From: Schmidtea polychroa
Lineage: Eukaryota
DNA length: 63,775 nucleotides
Assembly (NCBI GenBank): GCA_044892525.1
Contig: CM097888.1
Location: 19,158,226 to 19,222,000 of the forward strand
Reading direction: 5' to 3'
In this document: in pieces, positions 20,700 through 33,910 of the stretch
Layout: each line of letters begins with the position of its first letter
Numbering within the stretch: the first letter of the stretch is position 1
The notes under the pieces: model-generated
Told to the model about the DNA's origin: nothing
Database searches by the model: none
What the model saw: only the letters and a program-made list of their open reading frames with translations
Translations under genes and position numbers: made by a program

Positions 20700-23110
20700 G
20701 GACATACAATCATAAAAGCTGAGATTGGATATGGGCGGGGATTTCTTTCATCATACCTGTTTCAAAATTTTACATTTCCTATAATCTTTAAAAATCTAAT
20801 AAATTAATACTTCAAGCATTCCACCAACTTAACTGTGTGAAAAAAAAATATTTTTTTTTGTTTCAGAAACATATACTAACACAATTCCTATAATAAAAAA
20901 ATCAAGCACACTTGCGATGAAATTTATCGTTTCAAAATATAACAGATTTTTCATATACATAAATTATCAAAATTTTTTACAAAACTTCCAAACTTTGTAT
21001 TTCAACTAAGATTTTTATTTTTGTAAAAATTTTCTTTTAAAAATATTGTGTATGGGAAAAAAAATATACAAAAATATCACCGTAACGCATTAGATAAAAA
21101 CCTGAATCACAATAAATTAAATCTTTAATAGTATAAATTAAATTAACTTATAATAAAAGTGCGTGTGGCATGGACAAAAATTGACATTAAATTAGAGCCA
21201 TGTCGTTAAATAACGGTTTATAATGTAGGTGGATAGAAATTATTACTGAGAGAATAGAAAGAAAGAATAACCGCACACAAACACGATTCACAAAATATCT
21301 ATAATAAAAAATACTCACAATAGGACATTGAATAAGATCAAAACTCCACACAATCAAAACTATTAAAATGTTATGTGCAAAATTCTGTTAAGTTATAATA
21401 AAGTTTTCACCAAAAAGCGGAAAAGTTATTCGGCAAAATCGAAGGAAATTAAATTGCATTTAAAAAAAATAATCTGAATTAGATAATGAAACAATAAATA
21501 CCTTTTTTTACTTTTATTTCGAAATGCTAATAAATTTTTTTTTAAAAAAAAAAAAAAATCTTTTATAAATATTCAATAAATTAAAAACCTGAAATTACAT
21601 ACAAAGTATTATAGATGAAACGAAAAGATAAATTAATTATATAAAATAAATTAAATTCTTATTCATTGTCATAACAAAGGCGATTTGGTCCAAACGATAT
21701 TGGGTTCACAGCAACGTGGAGGGCAAGCGACTGACGATTTGATTATTATTATTATTTCAATTTACTAAATTGAAAATAATCAACAATATATTAAAAATAT
21801 AAAATTAACCTCTAATATACTTTGACTCTGATCTGAATGTTCTACACTTGCTGAATAACTTTTGTATAAACCTCCATTTTTGGATGTAACTGAAACGAAA
21901 TAAATTATAAATTAAATAAATTCGTAATAATTAAATAATACAATAATTAGCAACACTTCTCAGGCTGTTTTATGTCGGAAACGTTAATAGTTGGCATACT
22001 CCTACTGGAAAACTTATTAAAAACGTAATTTGTTTAATAACTCCTTAATTGAAAACATTTTTAGAAACTTCTTCAGTACTTACATGAATTTTCTTATATT
22101 TATTACATTTAAAATGTAAAATACTTTATTTAAATTATTTTTTAAGAAAAATAATAATAATAATAATAATTAATAAAATAAAAATAATAAAATTAATATA
22201 AAAAAATAAAAATAATAAATAAAATAAGATAATGATATAAGTGATAAAAACGAAAGATCATGAATATGTGAAGGCAAATAAAAATCCATCAAATAAGCAC
22301 ACACGCATGCATCTAACACAACGGCGATTAGCGATATCAGTATATGAGCATGTCTGAGAAGTAGCATCATCAACACACAGCCTTAACAGTAAGGAATTCT
22401 GAAAATAATAAATAAAATAAGATAATGATATAAGCGATAAAAACGAAAAATCAATCAAAAATCAAAATCATAAATAATGTAAAAATAAATAAACAAAAAA
22501 ATAATGAAAATAATATTAATATTAATTATTATAATTATAAGTAGACTGAATACGAGAAAGGTCTTACCGATTCGTAGACACTGTTAAGTAAGCAAGCTGC
22601 TGCTCCCATTGCTGGTTCATAGTTTTTAACACATCCCACAAGAACCCAATAAGCAGATTTAAATCGTTCTCCTTTAGTATTTGAAATAGTTCCTTTAGCA
22701 ATCCAACATATGTGTCAATTAAAGTTTCCTGAAAATCTCCAGCAGATAGAAATGCCATTTTGAAAATATTGTGTAGTTGCTCAAACGGTAATATCTCACT
22801 GGAGAACTCAGGTATCTGACTGTAGAAATACAGCACCGTTTCAATGTCCTGAATTATTACGGATTTTTAGAGAATTTAAGTTAGATACAAGGCCTATTTA
22901 TACCTAAATTAAGATTAATAAATTAACAAACAAATAATTACCATTTCAAGAGGCAATTGATTATAATTGCCAACATGGGAGGCAGAACATTGTTACTCCC
23001 GGAATCGACATTGATAGCAAGAATCGACATTGAGAGCAAATATAATTTAGACATGATTGATCTGGTAAACATTGAGGGATAAAATTATCTTGCCGTCTCC
23101 AAACTGCAAT
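20700..23110 (-). pseudogene. Intron-containing host-like gene of unknown identity, antisense within the LTR element
   Basis: Exon-like blocks with AG and GT borders, e.g. 22565-22846 DIETVLYFYSQIPEF...YLTVSTNR/gtaag and 22265-22400. Further blocks at ~21810-22040 and ~20700-20760. Confidence 0.45.
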
Positions 23111-23224
23111 TTAATATTAAATTTAAAATTGTATTGTTTATTTACAAGGAAATAAATCAAACTTGTTGACATTATTATATTTATAAACACAGCGTGGAAT
23201 TAATATTGAATCTTTCGTTAAACT

Positions 23225-23490
23225 ATGGAAGAATTAGGAAAGTATATTCTTGATAAATCACTAATTTCCAATAAAGTATGCCGTTACGATGATGATTGTA
23301 TCGATCGACTTAATCATGTTTATACAACTACGCTTATAGGAATTTGTTTTTTTTTATGTTCACAAGGTAACTAGTTGGGAAACCTATCACTTGTTGGCTA
23401 CAGACGGAATTTTCTGACTCTCAAGTGGCATATGCGGAACATGTATGTTGAGTCATGAGTACTTACTACGTGAAATTGGATGAAATTTAA
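23225..23490 (+). pseudogene. inx: Innexin N-terminal fragment (frameshift and TGA at a conserved Trp)
   Basis: YDDDCIDRLNHVYTT...(fs)LVGKPITCWLQTEFSDSQVAYAEHVC*VMSTYYV matches the innexin DDDxxDRLN / VGxPIxCW / CWxxxTY signature. Confidence 0.88.
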
Positions 23491-23841
23491 TTTACTATTG
23501 AACGTAAATAAATTAAATATAAATAAAGTAAATAATTAACTTTTGAAAATGAAATGCTATGAAACACTTAAAAACTATTTAAATGAGAAAATTCACGAAT
23601 AAAGTAAAATCAGATTTTAAATAAAATGCTATGAAACACTTGATTGAAAATTTCAAAAAACTATTTAAATGAGAAAATTCACGAATAAATTAAAATCAGA
23701 TTTTTAAACATAAGAAAAAAAAATGTTGAATTTTAATAAAATGAACAAGACTCGAATGGGACTGAATTGTCGGTATGTCAATAGGTCACCTAATTTTCAG
23801 AAAATATAATAATATATTTTAAATTGAATAAGCATCACATA

Positions 23842-23872
23842 TTTCGAGGACGAAATTTTTTTTAAGGGAGAG
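23842..23872 (+). promoter_or_regulatory. Polypurine tract with upstream TTTCGAGGACGAAA motif
   Basis: TTTCGAGGACGAAATTTTTTTTAAGGGAGAG lies 3 nt before the TGTTG of the 3' LTR, as is typical for Gypsy elements. Confidence 0.75.
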
Positions 23873-23875
23873 CTA

Positions 23876-24855
23876 TGTTGAGGTTTGAAAATAAATTATT
23901 AAATTATATAGTTCAGATTAAAAGGAAAGCCGAAATTGAATGGCGGTCAAACAGAGAAGCAATGGCAAAGAAAGATATGATAAAAAAAAAGGGTACAATC
24001 AGACATGAAATGGGAAAATGCGCAAACCGGAGGAAGTGGAATAAAGTGAAAAGTTATCGAAATTGAAGCTGGAAAACGGGAGAGGGGTAGATTAAGGGAT
24101 GGTGAAGAAGACAGTGAGCAAGAAATTGTTAGAAAATGTGTAGAAAAGGTCGTAAAACAGACAAATGTGGAAAAACGTAAAATATTAATTAATTAATTAA
24201 TTGGCTAATGGGAAACCCGAGCTAATGGGAAGCCCGAGCCAATGGAGAACCCGAGCGATGAAGAAAACCCGAGCACGGCAATTTGGAAGGGTAAACAAAC
24301 GAGGAATTCAGAGGGCAATTATCCAAACAATCGGATAAACGAGGGTAAACAAAAGACAGGGAATTACGAAGAGGGTCAACAAAAATAGTCAATTAGGGAA
24401 TGATAGCTGAAGAAGTCAAAACCAATTAGGTCAAAAATGGGGCAATTACAACGATTATGGGAGTATATAAGGAAACTCAAAATTCACATAATCGGCGATA
24501 GCCTTAGGTAGGGATACGAAGAAACAGACGATAGGAGTTCGAGGAATAAAAATAAAAAGGAAAAAGGAATTATAAGAGGAATTTAGGAGTCAGAAAGGAA
24601 TATTAAAGGAGTTCGGATCAGAGAGCGGAATCAAACAAAAGGTGAAACCTAATTTTTAATCGTACAAGGCCGAGACCTTCCAGAGCGGAGTTCGATCTGA
24701 AATTGTGTAAGAATTGTGATTAACCAACAGTGTGATTAATTGTTGAGTTGTGAATTGTTATAAAACAAATATACGTTGGGAGTTTTGTTTATTGATTTTG
24801 GAACACGTGGAGTCAGAGTAACCAACGGTTGATTTTAATATCATAAAACCCAACA
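23876..24855 (+). repeat. 3' LTR (980 bp)
   Basis: Terminal inverted repeat TGTTG...CAACA; matches the 5' LTR. Confidence 0.95.
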
Positions 24856-24887
24856 TTATTATTTGCTACGGGTAGGAGAACATAGAA

Positions 24888-25688
24888 CAGTGGCGTAGCT
24901 ACCATATAACAAGAGTAAGCAATGCATAGGGGCCACAAGACAGGGGGGCCTTTTTCCAAGTTTCCTTAATTTTTCTTCAGAAAACAATGTCAAACAACGG
25001 CACGGTCGGCACCAATCAACAGTGACCTTCAAATGATCGATTTGTGGTTTTATGTAATAAAGCTCCACTGTTTTGTTGCATTAAGTACATTATTTACCTG
25101 CATTTTACTTATTTATGCAATCCCCTCTGCCTCTTTCTCGCTAATAATACTGTATAAGCAAGCAACTTTAGATATCTAAGTAAATCGCCCATTCATATAG
25201 GGGTCGAAAAAATTGTTTTGCTTGTGGGCTATACACTTTTGTCCCTGATACATTACTATCATTTTATAACGCTTTATACTGTTATATTGTATATTGAGCT
25301 CAAATTATTTAATTAAATCGTCTTTTCAAAGAGGACCCAAAAAAATGTTTTGTCTGCGTCGCAAAACTCCCCTGTAACTATAAGCCCTTTTTTCAATTTA
25401 CACTCCCCTCCCCCTTAAAAAAACTCTTGGGTAGGCCTACGCGACTGGTCTCATACCGTAAAAAATAAATAAGGTATTCCATCAAAATTCCGAGAGTCAC
25501 GAAGTGTTCAGTCGCAGGAAAAGTTTGGGAAAACCTGGTCTAATCCAATTGTGCTTCCAAAGGGGGCCAAAAAATTTTTCCCTGCGGCGCTATGGTGCTC
25601 CGCACTTATTTCACTTGTGTATGCAGTATAGGGGGGTGGCATTTATGACTCGTTCCATAGGGGCCCAAAATTTCTAGCTACGCAACTG
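24888..25688. mobile_element. Non-autonomous hAT element
   Basis: TIRs CAGTGGCGTAGCTA / TAGCTACGCAACTG; perfect 8-bp TSD ACATAGAA; internal GGG(G)CCCAAAA-type repeats. Confidence 0.92.
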
Positions 25689-26280
25689 ACATAGAAAATT
25701 GAATAGACAAATAAACCAAAATGAAAGGTAAAATTTCATAGTAAAATCAAAAAAAGGAAACTAGATTTTTCTTTGCTTATCTCTGAATTATTCTATCGTT
25801 TTATTTGTTGTTTTTTTCATAATTTGCATTTTAAAATTAAACATATTCCAATTTACAAACATAATAATATAAAGGAAAACTTTCCTTTTAATTAAACATA
25901 TTAAAAAAGCATCTTAAATGCAGAAATTAAAGTAAATACAAAGCTGCTTACAAATAAATCATATATAATCAATTAACAACTCCTTTTTTATAAAAAATTT
26001 AACATATTCTAAATACAAAATCATTTAAAAAAATAATTTTTACTAAGCTAATTACCAAAATATATGAAAATAGTGGTGAATTAAGATAAAATTCGCAAAA
26101 GTAATCAATGGTTATTTATACTCTAAAGAAATTTGAAAATAGATAAAATGAATCTAAAAAAAAGTTCTTATAATAAAAAAAATCAAATAAAGAATAATAT
26201 TATCAATAATTAATTTAATAATTATTGTTTAAATATTATTAATTATAATATAAAATATCAATTTTAGAATACATTTTATT

Positions 26281-27087
26281 ATGTCAGAGATATTGTATGA
26301 AAATTTTCGAAATGATGGTCGACGCCCAAATAATATTAGATCAATAACATCTCAAATAGGTGTGCATGCCAATTTTATTGATGATGGTTACGTATGCTTA
26401 GAACAAGGTAATACGAAAGTTATTGCGTCGATATATGGACCACGGGAATGTCGTAATCATTCTGATGCTAAGCATGATTCTGCTATTATTAGTTGTAAGT
26501 ATTTCAAGGGTCATACTGCCAATTTCAATGCTGGCCGTAGACATGGAAAACGAGATAATATAAGTGATTTGAATGCTGATTGTGTTAAAGTGTGTTTTTT
26601 ATACAATTATAATTTTATAAATTTAAATTAGAGTATAATGGAAAAGGTGATTGAGCTTCATTGGTATGGTGAAACTCAGATTGACATCAATATACTCGTT
26701 CTACAATCTGATGGTTCTGAGTTAGCCGTAGTTATTAACGCTGTGTCCCTAGCATTAATGGATGCTGGTATACGCATGAAAGATTTTGTCACTGCTAGTA
26801 CTGTCGGATTATTTGATCAAACAATTCTTGCGGATTTAAATGGTTTTGAAGAAAATCAGTTTTCTTTACCTTCTTTAACCATGGTTTTGCTCCCTAATAC
26901 TCCAAGCAATGAACGGTTCACTAAAATGTTTCCAAATAATATCGATCACATTAGTCAAGTAAATACACTTTATGTAGCTGCGGAAAGTGTTTGTGAAACG
27001 GTTTATAAAGAATTAAATAAACAAATCAAATTATATGTTGCAGCAAAATTGGATAAACAGCATGCTATTGAAGGCCGTTCGAATTAA
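26281..27087 (+). CDS. EXOSC4: Exosome complex component RRP41 (2 exons, 42-nt intron at 26590-26631)
   Basis: RNase PH motifs RNDGRRPN, LEQGNTKVIASIYGPRE, QIDINILVLQSDGS, INAVSLALMDAGI. Confidence 0.93.
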
Positions 27088-27223
27088 TAAAATGTTTTTG
27101 TATTGAAAATGAGAATTATAAAAAAATTTTCTTATTTTTAATGTAGTGCTTGTCTAAATTAATTTTTTCTAAAATTATGTCAATTGATTCAATTATTATT
27201 ATTTGGTATTCGTACATCTTTTT

Positions 27224-27262
27224 CACTTTATATTTCGGTAGCATCACTATTATCATCAGCTA
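27224..27262 (-). ncRNA. Degenerate hammerhead motif
   Basis: CUGAUGA-U-AAUAG(UGAUG)CUACC-GAA-AUAUAA-A-GUG. Confidence 0.45.
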
Positions 27263-27486
27263 CATATATTCACGACGGATGAATAATTGCAATATCGATA
27301 ATATATAAACAAATTATAAAATCTCTAAATTTTAAATTATAAATACAAATTTTAAGCAATTATTTTTTAAAAATAATTTTCAATAATCAATTATATTTAA
27401 ACTTTTATTAAAATTATTTAAAGATGTTATAATTTGTTTATATATTATCAATATTGTATAGTTATTCATCCGTCGTGAATGTAGAT

Positions 27487-27525
27487 AATCTGATGATGAT
27501 AGTGTTGCTATCGAAATATATAGTG
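27487..27525 (+). ncRNA. Minimal hammerhead motif
   Basis: CUGAUGA-U-GAUAG(UGUUG)CUAUC-GAA-AUAUAU-A-GUG; helix I is degenerate. Confidence 0.6.
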
Positions 27526-28179
27526 AAAAAGATATCGAATGGCGATTTTTATTAATAAAATCTTTACCGTGTTTATTTAAGTATTTATTATTATTTGAAT
27601 AATTTTAAAATTGATTCTTATTTATAGGTTCCCAACCTTTTTATTTGTGCATGCATTCTCTTCCACTATATCCAATCAGAATGCGAGAAATTTTTAATTA
27701 ATTTTGTCTGCATGCATGAGTGTGTGTAATTCTTTAATTAATTTAATTAATCAAAAATTTTAATGTATATTAATTTTTACAATTTACTTTATTAAATTTT
27801 ATAATTTAAATAATTTTTTGTTAGTTTTATTTTAGTTTTCACTAAACCATTTAGTTTTATAAATTTTATAATTTACATAATTTTACTACTTTTATTTTAC
27901 TTTTTATCATTTTATCCGTTTACTGGATATTTTATTTTCAATTTTAAATTTAGTTATTTAAAACATTTTCATATTATAAATTAATTTATTACCGATTATT
28001 TTATTTATTTTTATTTTCTAGTTGGTCGATTTTTTGAATGCGATATTTCTACTAACTGTGTTGGCGATTGCAACTTCTTGCGTTCCTTTATCTTATGGAC
28101 CATAGATTTTAATTCAACTTGGTGCGATATTTATGTTATGTATTTCCGAATCATTAAAACAACTCTAAATTCTCGGTTA

Positions 28180-28316
28180 GTAGTGTCTAAAATGGGAATC
28201 CTAAGCCCCCACCCCAATATTCGCTCGTAAAAAAAACAAAACAGGTTTGTATTTTTATCCTCGCTCACCCTTCGGGAGGGGATGGGGCGACCTAGGATTC
28301 CCATTTAAGACACTAC
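28180..28316. mobile_element. MITE with TA target duplication
   Basis: TA|GTAGTGTCTAAAATGGGAATCCTA...TAGGATTCCCATTTAAGACACTAC|TA. Confidence 0.75.
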
Positions 28317-31300
28317 TACAAATCTATGTATATTAAAATAATAATAATTTAAATATACATGTATACAATGATTTAATAATTTTAAAATAAAAATAATTTC
28401 AATAATGTTGGGTACCCAAATTTTATTGGTAGCCAAGAATAATCAAGTTGTTATATATTATAGATGTAAGGATTTAATAATTTTAATATACACTACTAGA
28501 CTTAACCATATAAAAATATAACTTTTACTGGTAAAACAAGTTTTACCAATAAAAGAAAAATTGAAAAATATAAAAATTGAAAAATATTGTGTGAATATTT
28601 ATTGATGAAATTAATAATTAATTATTTTTTTTATTTGTAATCTTGATGTCTTGAAGAATAAAAAAAATTTGTTGAGGTCTGTAAATTAAAATTTAAATTT
28701 AAATGAAATTTAGGATAATAATTCAAATAAAAAGTAAGCGAAGAAAAAAGACAAATAAAAGTAGGATCGTGCACAGAATCAATAGTAAAGGAAAGTGTGA
28801 TGGAAACAGTATGTTGGGCTAGAACTTATTTCTGAACCCAAAGTTAAGAAGGGGACGAAATGTGTCAGTACACAACACGCATACCCAGCACTAAGTTTAC
28901 TTAAATAAAAATATATAAAACACCAAGTAAATAATGATAATAGAGAGATAATATACCCAAAAATAAAACATCTGAATTAAAAATAAAATAAAACACGAGC
29001 AAGAAGTATTACACGAAAACTTACTCAAATATAACCGAAAGACATAAAACAACAAAAATCAAATTCGAATAAAGGCGATTAGTAAAAATTAAAAAAGAAA
29101 ATTAAAGAAAATCTTCATAAAATCTTATATTGATATTTTGAATAAAAATCCAGAACAATTCATAAAAATGGCGAAATCCATCATGACCGCCAAACGACCC
29201 AATAAAATTTATAAAAAATAAATTTAAAAAATAAAAAGTTTAGAAGAGAAATCATAAAAAACAATTTAAAAATAAGAAATAGATTTAATTTAGCATGGAA
29301 TGTACTGGAAATGCTGAAATCCATCATGGAGGCAAATTTAATAAAAAATAATTCAAAAACAAAATTCCAAAAATAAAAACAAAACTTCCTACTGAAAAAT
29401 CGCCATCAAAATCGATAAAAATTAAAAATCGAATGTTCGAGAATTAAAATAATCTGAATTTGTTTTACTGCATCAATGCACGCATGTATACTTACACGTC
29501 AAACAGAGGCTACATAAACTGACACATTTCGTCACTTTAAAAAAGAAAAAGGAGAAAAATGCAAATGAAAATGCTAATGCTTACTCTTATGCCAAATTTT
29601 TGATTTTCTGAGATTGTGAGTAAGGACGATTTCATTGTGAATTATAAATTATTATTATTTAAACCTTGTTTTCATGCTTTCTATTTAACTATAGATGTTG
29701 AGGTCTCGATATTCGGGAACACTCAACCTACTGGTTCTTATATATATAACAAAGCAAATAAGTGTATATAAATGTTTATTGAAATCAAAAATTACCAAAT
29801 TTCTACAAATTTCGATTCTAAATAGATTGACAATTATTGATCGATTTCTTTCACTGAAATGCGTGTAAAAATTATGTATCTGTTAATTGTTATGTGTGCG
29901 TGTATGTCTTAGTAAGTTTTTATATTCTGTGAATCTTTCTGTACTGATTCAGTTATTAATTTATCCGCAGGATTAACCCTTGAATAAAGAAAAATTCTTC
30001 GCTAGATTTTTGGGCGACTGCACTGACTTTGTGAGTCGTTTATATAGTGAATTTTGGTTCATATAAATTAATTATTTTAAATTTTATTCAGTCTCGTCAG
30101 ACTGATATTGAATTAAATTTCATTCTTTTAAATTCTTTCAGTCTCGTCAGACTGATTAAATTCCAAATATTTTTATTTCATATTAATTAATTAATTATCA
30201 CTACTATTATCATCATTAACATTATTATTACTATTGCCATTATTATTACTGTTGTAATAATTATTATTATTATCTATAAATATTAATTACCCTTTATATA
30301 TATATTTATTTTTTGTGTTTACCAATACAATCACAATTAAAAATAGAAATAGAAATAAATAAAGTCAGAAATACATAGAATGTCACACAATGAAATAAAT
30401 AGGGCATATAGAATAATGTCAATAAAATACACTAAAATTTTATATACAGAATGAAAAATGAATAGGTCAATGTTAATTCATCACACAGAAGTTATTGTCA
30501 TCATTTGATGAATCTAATTGAGGGATTGAATTGTTGGTTGCTATTTGATGCATTGGATTGTTGGAGAATTGGGCTATTTGATTTACCTACGCTCTTCAGC
30601 GCACACATTGATTCTATATTTTTTGGGCCCAGTCTTATAATACTTATTTAGGGTAAATGTAGTGATGGGTCTACCCTCATCATCTAACATAGAGGTGTAG
30701 GTTTGAGTGAGATCGTCGGTCATCATCGATTTTGAAGCGAGATCCCAGCCAATCCTGCACCCTCAACTTTATCATTTACGATCGCAGATCACCACATGCA
30801 TCTATTTGTATTATACATTGCGGGGTCGTCGGAGGTCGTACCGACTCAGTGGTATAGGCCACTGGGTTCGTCGATAAATTACCTCTGGTACGGTGGAGTT
30901 CTTGGAACTCGTTATCGATATTATAGTACGGTAGTACATTACCGAATCACACACACATTATGGCTTGTCGTAGTGAGCACAGTGCGGCCACGAAAGCAAG
31001 CAACTTTCTTTAAATCGACTTTTCTCATGCATAATACACATATAACGTACACACTAAAAATCAACACTAATACATTACCCTAGGTATGATAAACGGAGTA
31101 AAGCTCCAGACTCAAACTAATAACAATTCACAATTAATGTAGACGGTTAAATATCATCAAGAACTAACTCTACCTATACGTTTGCCGAATCTAGATTTAT
31201 AAATGTCCTAAATAAATTTTCTAGTAATAGTGTAAAGTAAAGATTTTATTTAAATGATTGATTTAGTAGTGATAGTATTCATAAAAGTGTTCGACATGCG

Positions 31301-31559
31301 TATCGGCAAGACTTGGATTTTAAATTGACAAGACTCTAAACTAACTGTAAAAATACAAATCGCAAACCCATTAAAGTATAAATTATCACCTCAATTGCAT
31401 AAAAATATGAATTATACTTATAGATTTAATTTCTTCAAAATATAAATGATGATTAGTTATAAAGGTATAAATTAAAATTTTAATTTCTTAAAATTATAAA
31501 TTACAAATTTATATTGACGATAAAAATTATAAATTATAACTCTAAGTTAATTATAAAAG

Positions 31560-31985
31560 TACAAATTATAATCTTAACTTCATAAAAATATAAATTATAA
31601 AATTATATTAGCTTTAAAATATAAACTATAAATTTAACTTAACTTCATAAAATATAAATTATAAACTCAAAAGTATAAATTATAAAGTTATATTAGCTTT
31701 AAAAACATAAACCATAAATTTAACTTCACAAAATATAAATTATAAACTTAAAAGTATTAATTATAAAATTATATTAGCTTTAGAAATATAAACTATAAAT
31801 TGAACTTCACAAAATATAAATTATAAACTTAAAAGTATAAATTATAAAATTATATTAGCTCTAAAATATAAACTATAAATTTAACTTCAAAAAAAAATAA
31901 ATTATAAACCTAAAAATATAAATTATAAAATTATATTAGCTTTAAAATATAAACTATAAATTTAACTTAACTTCATAAAATATAT
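31560..31985. repeat. AT-rich tandem repeat, ~75-85 bp unit, about 5 copies
   Basis: Repeated AAAATATAAATTATAAACTTAAAAGTATAAATTATAAAATTATATTAGCTTT...AACTTC. Confidence 0.85.
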
Positions 31986-32410
31986 TTAACTTATATTATA
32001 TTTAAAAATGTAAATTGTAAACTTTTATGAATGACCCCCCTCAAAATCATATAGTCATTAACCACTACCTAAATATACTAAATTAGCTTATCACAATATA
32101 TATTTAACTTATATTATATTTAAGAATGTAAATTGTAAATTTTTATAAATGACTCCCCTCTAATCATATAGTCATTAATGATTACCCAAAAGGATTTATT
32201 TAATTTGTTTTCAGATATATTCAACTTATATTACCTTTAAAAATGTAACTTGTATTTTTTATTTAACCTACCCCCCTCAAATCATGTAGCCATTGACTAT
32301 TACGTAAGTATACTAAATTATATCACATTCATAGACAGTTAAATTATATTTCATTTAAAAATATAAATTCATAGATTTTCGTAAATGACCCCCTCCCATA
32401 TATGTAGTAA
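31980..32410. repeat. Tandem repeat, ~120 bp unit, 3-4 diverged copies
   Basis: Repeated TATATTTAACTTATATT...ATGACCCCCCTC...ATCATATAGTCATT. Confidence 0.75.
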
Positions 32411-32432
32411 TCTTATAAAAATATAAATTTAC

Positions 32433-32434
<2 letters not shown>

Positions 32435-32475
<41 letters not shown>
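32435..32475. repeat. (ATT)n microsatellite
   Basis: Direct inspection. Confidence 0.9.
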
Positions 32476-32476
<1 letters not shown>

Positions 32477-33244
32477 GTAGTAGTAGTATTGTTACCAGTA
32501 ACATTATCACTCTTACCGTTATTATTACTATTATCATTATTATTACTATTATAATATTATTAAGATAATTATCTTTATTTCATGGAAATAAAATTATAAA
32601 AATAATTATTGATTTTGGGATTCCCCTATCTCTAAATTTAGTTTCAATGGCCCTATCTTCCAATAAAATTACGGAAAATCACTAATATCTATTTTTAGTA
32701 ACACCCCCCCCCCCTGAAACGACATCAACTATTATTAATTTAAATTATATCCATATATGTATATGTGTGTGGGTGTATATGTATATGTATATATATGTGG
32801 ATGTGTGTATGTATATATAGATTTAGAAAATAACAAATACCATAATCTTCCCCCTCAAGACCCCATGTGGAATAATTTCCACAACCCCTTTAAAGTAATA
32901 AAGATAGAATAATTTATAAAAATTATGTTCAAATCAAAAGACAAAACCCAATGGTAAACTAAATTTATTAATTTCAATCACCAAATTTATTTACATCATT
33001 GTCTCTTTGAATCATATTCATACCAAAAAGTCCTTCGAGCACAGTTGATGGACCATCCCGATAAAATACATTTCCTGGGGTTGGAAAATGGAAAACTTAT
33101 ATTAAAATATTTCAGAATTTCTTTTAGATTTCCACAATTAAATAATTCCAAATTATTTCTCACAAATATATTCGATCAAAAAGAATTTTAATATTTTATT
33201 TAATTACAACATCCTGAATAAAAACTCAAAAAAAAAAACTCCAA

Positions 33245-33910
33245 CTACAAATCGGCTTTATTTCTTTGCTTGGCTGCTTTAGGATCATAAATGGGCATTT
33301 TTCATTTATTAATCGGATAAAATCAGTTTTTTCTGTACAACCTTTACATTCTTCACCCCAGCTTTCTAATATTTTTTGAGATCTTTAACGCGAGCTTTGT
33401 TTAGATTAATACCAGTAAGATTAATAGGTTTGTCTGAAAAATAGTTGAATTAATATTTAAAATCTTAACTGAACATACCATATTTTAATTCACAAATTTG
33501 TGAATCCATTGCTTTTAGTTTTTCAGACTTTTTCAGCGGGCATAACCCAACTCAAAGGCTGAGACAAATGTTTTACAATATATGTAGTAGATGTTACCAA
33601 TCCTCCAATATAATAACACTAAAAATAAATTACAATTTTATATTAATCAGTTATAATACCTTACAAGACTTTATTCTTTTCCTTTACTTGTTTTGCTCAT
33701 CTCTTTGAATTTATTTTCAATATTTTCGATATTTGTACTTTCATCTCCATCTAGACTATCTTTCAGGCGTCTCACAAACTTAACACAAACTGAACAATTT
33801 TTAAATATAAAAAAAATAAGTGCCAAATACCTTCGCAATTATTTTCATTAACTGTAGCTGACATTACATAGTAAACATTGATTAGAAAAAAAAACTGATA
33901 AAATTTTCAT
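33245..33910 (-). pseudogene. MANF: MANF/ARMET homologue, 4 exons, disrupted
   Basis: Signal peptide, [48 protein letters not shown]-terminal KADL. Lesions: in-frame TAA in exon 2, 2-bp loss in exon 3, and 1-bp homopolymer shifts. Confidence 0.9.

Larger units (their letters stand above)
8617..24855 (+). mobile_element. Gypsy/Metaviridae LTR retroelement with envelope-like and accessory domains
   Basis: Two LTRs at a constant offset of 15280, PBS, gag, PR-RT-RH-IN order, PPT. The 5' LTR start lies in an N-gap, so the TSD cannot be checked. Confidence 0.9.
27215..27535. mobile_element. Non-coding inverted-repeat relic of a second Penelope-like family
   Basis: ~110-bp inverted arms, each with a hammerhead motif. 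The downstream GTGAAAA...TGGCG matches the 3113-3136 context. Confidence 0.7.

Noticed and set aside
27630-28140. MARVEL/CMTM-like exons
   Set aside because: Only a hydrophobic pattern, with an in-frame TAG; insufficient
30480-31083. ORF 30796-31083 and open minus-strand stretches
   Set aside because: No recognisable domain; strand is ambiguous
32580-33090. Minus-strand exons (GNVFYRDG..., STWGLEGEDY)
   Set aside because: Possibly a real gene fragment, but identity is unsupported
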